From Geobacter sp. AOG2 (GTDB lineage Bacteria > Desulfobacterota > Desulfuromonadia > Geobacterales > Pseudopelobacteraceae), in assembly GCF_019972295.1 (NCBI RefSeq), contig NZ_BLJA01000001.1, forward strand, positions 2,142,158 through 2,174,157: a stretch of 32,000 bases of DNA, written 5' to 3'. A program made the position numbers and the translations under genes. Of the stretch, positions 1 through 9,034 are shown piece after piece (position 1 is the first letter of the stretch; the number at the start of each line of letters is the position of its first letter). The notes under the pieces were generated by a model. It had not been told where the DNA came from. It saw only the letters and a list, made by a program, of their open reading frames with translations, and searched no databases.

Positions 1-14
1 TCCATGTGCTCCCC

Positions 15-1616
15 CTATATGCTCATTTTCTTGGCTGTTCCCTTGTGCAGGAACAGGTCGAAGGTCACCTTGGTGCCGATCAGCGAGGTAAACAGGTTGA
101 TGATGACACCCAGGCTGAGGGAAACGGCAAACCCCTTGACCGGACCGGTGCCGAACTGGAACAGCACCGCCGCCGTGATCAGGGTGGTGATGTGGGAGTC
201 CATGATGGTCATGAAGGCCTTGTCATAACCGGCATCCAGGGCCGCCTTGGGACTCTTGCCCAATTTGAGCTCCTCGCGGATGCGCTCGAAGATAAGAACG
301 TTGGAGTCAACCGACATACCGATCAACAGGACGATAGCGGCGATACCCGGCAGGGTCAGGGTGGCGCCCAAAGCCGCCAGCGCTCCCATCAGGTAGACCA
401 CGTTCAGCACCATGCCCAGGTTGGCCACCAAGCCGGACAGCTTGTAGTAGATCGTCATGAAGATAACGACCAGCACCACCCCGATCAGGCCGGCCATCAG
501 GCCTTTGTTGATGGAGTCCTGCCCCAGGGAGGGGCCGACGGTCACGTTCTGAATGATCTTGACCGGAGCGGGGAGCGCGCCGGCGCGGAGCACGATTGCC
601 AGGTCCGAGGCGGTCTTCTCGGTGAAGTTGCCCGATATCTGGGCGCTGCCGCCGGAGATGCGCTCCCGGATGACCGGGGCCGAATAGATGTTGTTGTCCA
701 AAACGATGGCAAAACGTTTGCCCACGTTGGCGGCGGTCACCTGATCGAACAGCTTGGCGCCCAGGGAGTTGAACTCGATGGCCACGTAGGGCTGGTTGAA
801 CTGGGAATCGATGCGCACCTGGGCGTCGGTCAGCAGATCGCCGGTGATGAGCGATTTTTTCTGCAGCACGAACGGTGTCTCGCTGACGGCGCCGGTGGCC
901 GGATCGACGGATTTTTCCTTCAGGATTTCCGAATCGTCGGGAATCGTGGCTGCGGACGGCGAGATATCCTCCCGGACCATCTTGAACTCAAGCCGCGCCG
1001 TGCGTCCGATCAGCTCGATGGCGCGCTGGGGGTCCTTGATGCCGGGAAGCTGAACGACGATGTGGTCCACGCCCTCCCGCTGGATGATCGGCTCGGAGAC
1101 GCCGAACTGGTCTATCCTGTTCCTGATGGTCTCCAGCGCCTGCTGAACCGCCTTGTCCTTGCGGTCCTGGGCATCTTTCTCGCTCACCCGCAGATCCAGG
1201 GCGACAAAACCGCCTTCGTCGTGGAGAGGGCTCTGCTCATAGCCGGGATACTTGTCTTTGAGGAGCTTCTGCACCGTGTCGGCAGTCCCTTTTTCGTAAA
1301 GGACCAACGTCACCTTGTCGGAACCGGTCCGGCTGATTCGTTTGAAGTGGAGGTTTTTACTGGTCAGCGTGTCCTCAAGGTCGGTTGCCACGATGTCCAG
1401 GGTACCCTCGACCGCCTTCTGGGTATCGACCTCCAGTACGAGGTGGGTACCGCCCTGCAAGTCAAGCCCCAGATGGATCTTGTCCTTGGGCAACAGGCCG
1501 CTCCACCAGGAGGGCAGCTTGGGTACCAGGGTCGGGGTCAGGTAGAGAAACGACAGCAGGATGAAAATGCCTATAAGGCCAAAACGCCAGCCAATTCCTT
1601 TCGGCATGAGGCTCAT
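15..1616 (-). CDS. secD: Protein translocase subunit SecD
   Basis: 533-aa ORF with an N-terminal TM helix, the LGLDLQGGTHLVLEV motif and a C-terminal multi-TM SecD/F export domain. ATG at 1616 follows AGGGAGA. It sits in the canonical yajC-secD order. GGGGAG-N3-ATG at 5..3 (minus), just after the stop, looks like secF starting and running off the window. Confidence 0.95.
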   Translation of the reverse strand: MSLMPKGIGWRFGLIGIFILLSFLYLTPTLVPKLPSWWSGLLPKDKIHLGLDLQGGTHLVLEVDTQKAVEGTLDIVATDLEDTLTSKNLHFKRISRTGSDKVTLVLYEKGTADTVQKLLKDKYPGYEQSPLHDEGGFVALDLRVSEKDAQDRKDKAVQQALETIRNRIDQFGVSEPIIQREGVDHIVVQLPGIKDPQRAIELIGRTARLEFKMVREDISPSAATIPDDSEILKEKSVDPATGAVSETPFVLQKKSLITGDLLTDAQVRIDSQFNQPYVAIEFNSLGAKLFDQVTAANVGKRFAIVLDNNIYSAPVIRERISGGSAQISGNFTEKTASDLAIVLRAGALPAPVKIIQNVTVGPSLGQDSINKGLMAGLIGVVLVVIFMTIYYKLSGLVANLGMVLNVVYLMGALAALGATLTLPGIAAIVLLIGMSVDSNVLIFERIREELKLGKSPKAALDAGYDKAFMTIMDSHITTLITAAVLFQFGTGPVKGFAVSLSLGVIINLFTSLIGTKVTFDLFLHKGTAKKMSI

Positions 1617-1674
1617 TCTCCCTTCGATGTAATAACATTGTATACCGCGTCCTGCTCAGTGTCCTGCTTTTACA

Positions 1675-1998
1675 CTAGTCCTTCTTGATGGTAGCGATGT
1701 AGCTCTTGGTGATCTTGATGTTGACGCCGGTGGCGATCTCCAGGGTCACCATGGTATCGTCGACCGACGTCACCTTGCCGTGCACCCCGCCGGCGGTAAT
1801 TACGCTATCGCCCTTTTTGAGCGCATCCAGAAGCGTTCTGTGCTCCTTGGCCTTTTTCTGTTGCGGGCGGATCAACAGGAAATAAAAAATGGCGAACATC
1901 AAAACCAGCGGGATGATCTGCTGAAATGCAGCCATGCCGCCCGCCTGCCCTGCTGCCCCACCTGGGGGGCCAGCCATTGCGAATGCCAATCCAAACAT
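1675..1998 (-). CDS. yajC: Preprotein translocase subunit YajC
   Basis: 107-aa ORF with one TM helix followed by the YajC core (LLIRPQQKKAKEHRTLLDALKKGDSVITAGGVHGKV). It lies between tgt and secD, as in many bacteria. Confidence 0.9.
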   Translation of the reverse strand: MFGLAFAMAGPPGGAAGQAGGMAAFQQIIPLVLMFAIFYFLLIRPQQKKAKEHRTLLDALKKGDSVITAGGVHGKVTSVDDTMVTLEIATGVNIKITKSYIATIKKD

Positions 1999-3324
<1,326 letters not shown>

Positions 3325-4356
3325 TCATATAATCAACATTGCATCGCCGTAGCTGTAAAACCTGAAACCGCGGGTAACGGCCTCCCGGTAGGCGTCGAGA
3401 ACGAACTCCCGCCCGGCAAAGGCGGCCACCAGCATGAGCAGCGTCGATTCCGGGAGGTGAAAATTGGTTATCAGGCCGTCCACCACCCGGAAGCGGTAGC
3501 CGGGATAAATAAAAATATCGGCTTCACCGGCGCCGGCCCTGATGTTGCCGTCATCGTCGGCGGCAAACTCCAGCGCCCGGGCACTGGTGGTGCCGACCGC
3601 AACCACCCTGCCTCCCCGCTCCCTGGTGGAACGGACGGCATCGGCGGTTTCCGTGGGAATGGCATACCATTCGCGGTGGATGCGATGTTCTTCCACCTGT
3701 TCCACCCGCACCGGCTTGAAGGTGCCAAGCCCCGTATGCAGGGTCAACCGGGCGCTGCCCACCCCCTTGGCCTCCAGCTCGGCCAGCAGCTCACGGGTGA
3801 AATGGAGGCCCGCCGTGGGCGCGGCCACCGCACCGGGGACCTGTGCGATCACCGTCTGGTACCGTTCCCGGTCCTGCACGTCGTCATCGCGCTGAAGATA
3901 CGGGGGAAGCGGTATGTGCCCCTCCCGTTCGAGCCACGTATCGAACGGTTCGGCGCCCGAAAACGCCACCCGCCACGATTCGGGCCCCTGGCGGGCGATC
4001 ACCCGCGCCGTCATCCCGGCGGCAAGCAGAATCGGTTGCCCTTCCCGAAAGCGTTTCGACCCGCGCAGCAGGCATTCCCACTCGTCTCCCCCGGGGGATA
4101 ACCGCTTCACCAGAAACAGTTCCACGCTCCCGCCGGTTTCCTTGGCGCCGAACAGCCGGGCCGGAATGACCCGCGTGTCGTTCATCACCAGCAGATCGCC
4201 GGGGCGCAGATGGTCCCCCAGGTGGGCGAAAACATCCTCGCCGATGGTTTTCGAACCGCGACCCAGGAGCATCAGGCGCGACGCGTCCCGTTCGGAAGCC
4301 GGATAACGGGCGATCAGTTCCTGGGGCAGGTGGTAATTGAAATCCTTAACAAACAT
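3325..4356 (-). CDS. queA: S-adenosylmethionine:tRNA ribosyltransferase-isomerase
   Basis: 343-aa ORF with full-length QueA-like sequence (FNYHLPQELIARYP, LLVMNDTRVIPARL, PLPPYL, AAPTAGLHFT, GTTSARALE). It is adjacent to tgt, the other queuosine-pathway gene. Confidence 0.95.
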   Translation of the reverse strand: MFVKDFNYHLPQELIARYPASERDASRLMLLGRGSKTIGEDVFAHLGDHLRPGDLLVMNDTRVIPARLFGAKETGGSVELFLVKRLSPGGDEWECLLRGSKRFREGQPILLAAGMTARVIARQGPESWRVAFSGAEPFDTWLEREGHIPLPPYLQRDDDVQDRERYQTVIAQVPGAVAAPTAGLHFTRELLAELEAKGVGSARLTLHTGLGTFKPVRVEQVEEHRIHREWYAIPTETADAVRSTRERGGRVVAVGTTSARALEFAADDDGNIRAGAGEADIFIYPGYRFRVVDGLITNFHLPESTLLMLVAAFAGREFVLDAYREAVTRGFRFYSYGDAMLII

Positions 4357-4370
4357 AACCGTACGACCGT

Positions 4371-5501
4371 TCAGCGAATGTCAGAGAGCTTTTTCAGTTC
4401 CGTGCCGGGATAATAGTAGGAAAGGATCTCGGCATACGAAAAGCCTTCCAGAGCCCGTTGTTTGGCGCCCCACTGGCAGAGCCCCACGCCGTGCCCGTTG
4501 CCGAGGCCTGAGAATATGGCGTCCCCATTGACAACCTTGACGGTGAAATTGGTGCTTTTGATAATGCCGTAGCCTATCGCCTTGCGGAACTGGTTGCCGG
4601 GTACGGCGACCTCGCCCCGCCGGGTAACGGCGATGACATCCTTCAGCCGGCCGCTGCTGTTGCGAGCCCCGGCCCGGATATCGATCAGGCCCGTCGCCTT
4701 GTAACCGGCGGCCTTAAGTCTTTCCTCCAAGTCCCGCAGGCTCAGCTTCTGGTCCCAGGCGCTGGACGGCGACAACCGGCAGTACTGGCAATCGACCCCC
4801 TTGAGATAGGGAATGCTCATTCCCCATACATTCTCCGCCGCCTCGGTCTTGCCGCCGCAATTGGAGTGATAGAAGGCCTGGATGATGGCGCCGTTGTAGG
4901 TCAGCACCTCGCCCGCGGTTTCCGAGACCCCCCGCCGGGCGCGGTTATCCTCGATCTCGCAGCCGTTGTACACCTGGTCGATAACCGACGATTCGAGATG
5001 ATACAGCGCATCGCGCCGGGATTCTCTCCGGTTGACGGCATAGGTCCTGGCGATCACCGCCTGGGCCTTGATCGCCTCGATCGGCCAGGCGGAGGAGATC
5101 TCGCAATTGATCAGGCCGACCAGGTAGTCCTCAAGAGGCAACTCGTTGACGACCAGCAAGCCCTTATCGTTAAAACGTATCTCGGCAACCCCGCGATACC
5201 GCTTGCCGTTGATGGAAACCGCCGACGCCGCCGAGAAGACCAGCCGGCGGTAAGGCACGCCATCCACAAGCACATCGTCCCGGCCCGCCTTAACGGCAAC
5301 AGGGGGGTTCAGGGCAACGGCGGCGCCGTTTTCCCGGAGTGCCAGGAGGCCGTTACCGTCAACGGTGACACCGGGGGCGTTCTTGACAATGGCGACCCTG
5401 ATCGTATCCACCGACAGCGCGGCATCGCACCTGCGTCCCGCCAAAACGACAAAGGCCGCCGCAATCAACAACCCAGCCATAACTATGCGTATTTTTGTCA
5501 T
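4371..5501 (-). CDS. SpoIID/LytB-domain protein (secreted, peptidoglycan-lytic enhancer family)
   Basis: SpoIID-family motifs: KAQAVIARTYA, FYHSNCGGKTE, GHGVGLCQWGA. I chose the ATG at 5501 because MTKIRIVMAGLLIAAAFVVLAG reads as a signal peptide. The track ORF extends 15 codons further to a TTG with no RBS. Confidence 0.8.
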   Translation of the reverse strand: MTKIRIVMAGLLIAAAFVVLAGRRCDAALSVDTIRVAIVKNAPGVTVDGNGLLALRENGAAVALNPPVAVKAGRDDVLVDGVPYRRLVFSAASAVSINGKRYRGVAEIRFNDKGLLVVNELPLEDYLVGLINCEISSAWPIEAIKAQAVIARTYAVNRRESRRDALYHLESSVIDQVYNGCEIEDNRARRGVSETAGEVLTYNGAIIQAFYHSNCGGKTEAAENVWGMSIPYLKGVDCQYCRLSPSSAWDQKLSLRDLEERLKAAGYKATGLIDIRAGARNSSGRLKDVIAVTRRGEVAVPGNQFRKAIGYGIIKSTNFTVKVVNGDAIFSGLGNGHGVGLCQWGAKQRALEGFSYAEILSYYYPGTELKKLSDIR

Positions 5502-5704
5502 CTGCAAAACTTGATGATAAGACCACACAAAGAGGCTGTATGTCAATTTGTTTTAACATCCGGCCGCCGTGCGACGGCCGCCAAATTTACCATTGAAATG
5601 TGGGGGGAGACTCGTTACACTGCTGCCGCAATGACTCTCCATTATACGAATAGAGCGCCTTTACCCCCGCGACGTCGCCATGCCTCCCCCGGCAGGGTCC
5701 GGCA

Positions 5705-6667
5705 ATGAGCGCGCTCCTCTCGATCAAACATCTGAGCACCTGCTTCAGAACCCCGCAAGGGGTCCTGGCGGCGGTCAACGACGTCAGCCTGGAGGTCCGC
5801 AAGGGGAGCACCGTGGCCCTGGTGGGCGAATCCGGGTCGGGCAAGTCGCTGACCGCGCTCTCCATCATGCGCCTCATCCCCTCGCCCGGTTTCATCAGCT
5901 CCGGCGAGATCACGTTCGACGGCACCGATCTCGTCCCGCTCCCGGAGGAGGCCATGCGCTCCATCCGGGGCAGCAGGATCTCCATGGTGTTCCAGGAGCC
6001 CATGACCTCCCTCAATCCGGTTCTGCGCATCGGGGAACAGGTTACGGAGCCGCTCCGGCTGCACCGCGGCATGTCGCGCCGGGAAGCCGAGGCCTGCGGG
6101 GCCGACTTGCTGCGCAAGGTGGGGATCCCGTCGTCCGGGGACCGCATGCGCGACTATCCCCACCAGTTGAGCGGCGGCATGCGCCAGCGGGTCATGATCG
6201 CCATGGCCCTGGCCTGCAGCCCGGCGCTCCTGATCGCCGACGAACCGACGACCGCGCTGGATGTCACCATTCAGGCCCAGATCCTGGAACTGATCGACTC
6301 CCTCAGGCGGTCGGAGGACATGGGCATCCTGCTGATCACCCACGATCTGGGTATTGTGGCCGAACGGTCGGAGCGGACCTGCGTCATGTATGCCGGGCGC
6401 ATCGTGGAATCGGCCCCGACGGCGGAACTTCTCGGCGCCCCCCGGCACCCCTATACCGCGGCGCTTCTTGCGTCCCTCCCCCAGAACGCCCAGCCGGGAC
6501 AGCCGCTTGCCACCCTTCCGGGACAGCCTCCCGGCCTGACGAAGCAACTGTCCGGGTGCGGCTTTTGCGAGCGCTGCCCCCATGCGGAGCCCCCGTGCCT
6601 GACCCAGGTCCCCGAGCTGGAAGAGGTCTCTCCCGGCCATCTCGTCCGTTGCTGGAAACGCCTATGA
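5705..6667 (+). CDS. Oligopeptide/dipeptide-type ABC transporter ATP-binding protein (OppD/DppD-like)
   Basis: Walker A GESGSGKS, signature LSGGMRQR, Walker [14 protein letters not shown]-loop ITHDL, and an Opp-type C-terminal extension with a Cys cluster ([15 protein letters not shown]). Confidence 0.9.
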   Translation: MSALLSIKHLSTCFRTPQGVLAAVNDVSLEVRKGSTVALVGESGSGKSLTALSIMRLIPSPGFISSGEITFDGTDLVPLPEEAMRSIRGSRISMVFQEPMTSLNPVLRIGEQVTEPLRLHRGMSRREAEACGADLLRKVGIPSSGDRMRDYPHQLSGGMRQRVMIAMALACSPALLIADEPTTALDVTIQAQILELIDSLRRSEDMGILLITHDLGIVAERSERTCVMYAGRIVESAPTAELLGAPRHPYTAALLASLPQNAQPGQPLATLPGQPPGLTKQLSGCGFCERCPHAEPPCLTQVPELEEVSPGHLVRCWKRL

Positions 6668-7650
6668 CAGAGAATCAACCGCTACTCGGCGGAGTGAAAC
6701 TCCGCAAACAGTTCCGCGTCAGCGCCGGTCCCGCCTCGCAAACAGGGGTGCTCACCGCGGTGGACGAGGTGGATGTGGAGATCGCCAGGGGAGAAACCGT
6801 CGGCATTGCGGGCGAATCCGGGTGCGGCAAATCGACCCTGGCCAAGCTCCTGGCCGGCCTCTTGCCCTCCGACGGCGGCGAGGTCCGCTACCGCGGTACG
6901 GCCATCGACACCCTCTCCCCGGCGGAACGGAAACAATTCCGGCAGCGGACCCAGATGATCTTCCAGGACCCCTTTTCCTCCCTGAACCCGCGCATGCGCA
7001 TCGGCGATTCGATCGCCGAACCGCTGGTCATTGCCGGAGGCGCTTCCCGGCAGGCCATCCGCGCCAAAATGCTGGAGCTGCTGGAGTCGGTCGGCCTGAA
7101 GGCCGAGCACGCCGACCGTTTCCCCAACGAATTTTCCGGCGGTCAGCGCCAACGCATCGGCATAGCGCGGGCCCTGGCCTCGTCGCCCGAGATCATCATC
7201 GCCGACGAACCGGTCTCCTCTCTCGACATCTCCATTCAGGCCCAGATCATCAACCTGCTCCAGGCCATGAAGTCCGAGCACCACCTGACCATGATCATCG
7301 TGTCCCACGATCTTTCGGTGCTGCGCCATGTATGCGACCGGGTGCTGGTCATGTACCTGGGGGTCATCGTGGAGAGCGCCCCGGCTGCCCAGCTCTTCCA
7401 GCATTTCCAGCATCCCTATACCGAAGCGCTGATCGCGGCCATCCCGCGCATCGCCGGGCAACGCCGCGACGCGCCGGTCCTCCTGGCCGACGACCTCCCC
7501 TCGCCCCTCGCCATCCCCGGCGGCTGCCGTTTCCATCCCCGCTGCCGCTACGCCGCCGAAATCTGCCGCACCACCCCACCCCCTCTGGAGGAGAAACGGG
7601 ACGGCCATTTTGCCGCCTGTCACCTGAGCAGGGACATCTTCGCCGGCTGA
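6664..7650 (+). CDS. Oligopeptide/dipeptide-type ABC transporter ATP-binding protein (OppF/DppF-like)
   Basis: Its ATG overlaps the upstream stop (ATGA at 6664-6667). Walker A GESGCGKST, signature FSGGQRQR, Walker B IIIADEPVSSLD, H-loop VSHDL, and a C-terminal GCRFHPRCRYAAEIC motif. It occupies the 3' part of the long track ORF 5680..7650. Confidence 0.9.
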   Translation: MTENQPLLGGVKLRKQFRVSAGPASQTGVLTAVDEVDVEIARGETVGIAGESGCGKSTLAKLLAGLLPSDGGEVRYRGTAIDTLSPAERKQFRQRTQMIFQDPFSSLNPRMRIGDSIAEPLVIAGGASRQAIRAKMLELLESVGLKAEHADRFPNEFSGGQRQRIGIARALASSPEIIIADEPVSSLDISIQAQIINLLQAMKSEHHLTMIIVSHDLSVLRHVCDRVLVMYLGVIVESAPAAQLFQHFQHPYTEALIAAIPRIAGQRRDAPVLLADDLPSPLAIPGGCRFHPRCRYAAEICRTTPPPLEEKRDGHFAACHLSRDIFAG

Positions 7651-7651
7651 C

Positions 7652-7663
7652 CAGCCGCCTGCT
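7652..7663. repeat. Left copy of the island-flanking direct repeat CAGCCGCCTGCT
   Basis: Exact 12-mer, also present at 13067-13078. It starts 2 nt after the TGA (7648-7650) of the oppF-like gene. Confidence 0.6.
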
Positions 7664-7976
7664 TTGGATACCATTTAAAGTTCTCCAGGCATTTTCTCTT
7701 TAACAGCATGGGCCGGTATAGGGGCTTAAATAGGAAAACTCCCCATTTTAAGCCCTTGATGCAGGTGGAAAACCGGCCACCGAAAACAGACTGGGGTTGA
7801 AAAATTCACCCCTCACGATCCGGGGCGGACGGCGGCAACTTTCATGGTCGGCATGGGGTTGGTATGGGGGTTATGGATGAAATCATCGACACGGTGTTGA
7901 ACGACGTCAAGCAAGGCGTGATCCTTACCAACAATTGTCATAAGCACGACAAGGAAAAGAACAAACCCTGGAAAGC

Positions 7977-8299
7977 TTAGGAGCGCAAATTTAACAGCAA
8001 CATCATCGGCATAGACAGCAAGGTTACTCCGTTGAGGCGCAAGGTCGCTTGAGGTGGATTGAAATAATTTATTAGATAAAGATAAAAGAGATAGTGTGCG
8101 AAGGCGGCTTGGCTTACGCCGATCCTGGACCGTGTTTCGATGATCTCGGCGGGGTCATTTCCATAACTGGCGTAAGGCACGCTTCGTCGAATTCGCGCAT
8201 GGTCCTCGCATCAATCAACCCAATTTCATGCAGGTCTTGCGCCGTTTCGTGCGCCGCCTCCATGGCTTCACTTTTATACGCTCTAACTCTCTTCCTCAT
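7977..8299 (-). pseudogene. Frameshifted HTH antitoxin-like gene (COG2944 / HigA2 / NadS-like)
   Basis: The N-terminal part (MRKRVRAYKSEAMEAAHETAQDLHEIGLIDARTMREFDEACLTPVMEMTP) is in the frame of 8114..8299. The HTH part (AEIIETRSRIGVSQAAFAHYL) continues in the frame of 7977..8180. The two join if one base is restored in the run at 8148-8154 (minus-strand ACCCCGCCGAG). The C-terminus after AFAHYL passes through an AT-rich patch and no longer resembles the family. Confidence 0.65.
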
Positions 8300-8350
8300 C
8301 CGTAGGTAACCTCCGAGGTTCGGCCGCGTCCTGGTTGATAATCCTGACCG

Positions 8351-8677
8351 TCATTTTGCCACCCCCAGGAACACGGCCAGGCACCGCTCAATCTCCACCA
8401 GCGTATCTGCATCAACGTGCCCGAATGCCGGCCCTATCATGTCGTACTTGACGGTCATGGCCTTGTCCACCATTACCTGGGAAGGCTTCTGCAAGCCGTT
8501 CTCGCTGCTTGGCTGGACGGTGACACGCAACAGCGGGGCTTCCACCAGCGTGCTTGTCACCGGCAACACAGTAACAGTGCTATGCCCGTTGAACTGGTCG
8601 GACTGGATCACCAGGGCGGGCCTTGGCTTGCCAAAGTCACCTTGCATAGCAATGGTGACAAGCTCTCCGCGCCTCAT
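8351..8677 (-). CDS. mazF: Type II toxin, PemK/MazF-family endoribonuclease
   Basis: 108 aa with a MazF/PemK-like pattern: RRGELVTI...GKPRPALVIQSD...VTVLPVTS...VMVDKAMTV. Its ATG overlaps the stop of the upstream antitoxin (ATGA at 8674-8677). Confidence 0.85.
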   Translation of the reverse strand: MRRGELVTIAMQGDFGKPRPALVIQSDQFNGHSTVTVLPVTSTLVEAPLLRVTVQPSSENGLQKPSQVMVDKAMTVKYDMIGPAFGHVDADTLVEIERCLAVFLGVAK

Positions 8678-8898
8678 TCAGTCCACCCATCCACGTCCGC
8701 CAAGGCTTCATCCATGAAACGTTGCATATCCGTGTCGGCTTTGTCGGCTTGTGCCACAAGCCGGGATTGACGGCGGCATTCTTCGGCAAAGCCCGGTCGC
8801 CGGGTGTCCGGCACCCAAATCTGCACAGGCCGCAGACCTGCGGCACGCAGGCGATCTCTGTGGCTTTGTACTCGTTGTCTAACAGATTGGGTTCGCAT
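8674..8898 (-). CDS. mazE: Antitoxin partnered with MazF (DUF3018-like / MazE-type)
   Basis: 74 aa. VRQRVQSHRDRLRAAGLRPVQIWVPDTRRPGFAEECRRQS matches, from memory, the small antitoxins found upstream of PemK/MazF toxins. GGAGGA RBS at 8906-8911 (minus). Translationally coupled to mazF. Confidence 0.75.
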   Translation of the reverse strand: MRTQSVRQRVQSHRDRLRAAGLRPVQIWVPDTRRPGFAEECRRQSRLVAQADKADTDMQRFMDEALADVDGWTE

Positions 8899-8914
8899 AA
8901 AAACATCCTCCTTT

Positions 8915-8948
8915 TGTTACATGTAACACCAGGCCGAAAGGATGTCAA
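8915..8948 (-). promoter_or_regulatory. Putative mazEF promoter/operator: -35 TTGACA plus a 14-bp perfect palindrome
   Basis: The minus strand reads TTGACA (8948..8943), 16-18 nt, then TGTTACATGTAACA (perfect palindrome, 8915-8928), then AAAGGAGGA and the ATG at 8898. The palindrome covers the expected -10 position, as expected for an autorepression operator. The -10 hexamer itself is weak. Confidence 0.5.
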
Positions 8949-9034
8949 GGGGTATTGCCCGGCATTGCCTGGGTGTCAATGCGGCGGTAGCTTGTCATTT
9001 TCAGATTATTTCACTTTCAAGGGCTGACCCCGCC

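Noticed and set aside
6-1688. 560-aa plus-strand ORF antisense to secD. The same pattern applies to 1780-3162, 5642-6640, 5680-6663 (the 5' part of the 656-aa ORF), 6682-7674, 13525-14289, 14693-15508, 16530-17639, 17724-18566, 20514-21608, 22992-24326 and 30395-31333.
   Set aside because: All lie opposite or out of frame to genes with clear family signatures. Their translations are R/G/P/A/H/D-rich, low-complexity strings typical of stop-poor alternative frames in ~63% GC DNA. None has a recognisable motif or RBS.
7722-7755. Hairpin GGGCTTAAA-N16-TTTAAGCCC downstream of the oppF-like gene, considered as a possible intrinsic terminator.
   Set aside because: No U-tract follows it and the loop is large. 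It lies inside the island, ~70 nt past the stop. It may be structural, but I cannot call it a terminator.
7873-7980. 35-aa ORF (MDEIIDTVLNDVKQGVILTNNCHKHDKEKNKPWKA) at the left end of the island.
   Set aside because: No convincing RBS and no recognisable family. It is short enough to arise by chance and may be a gene fragment.
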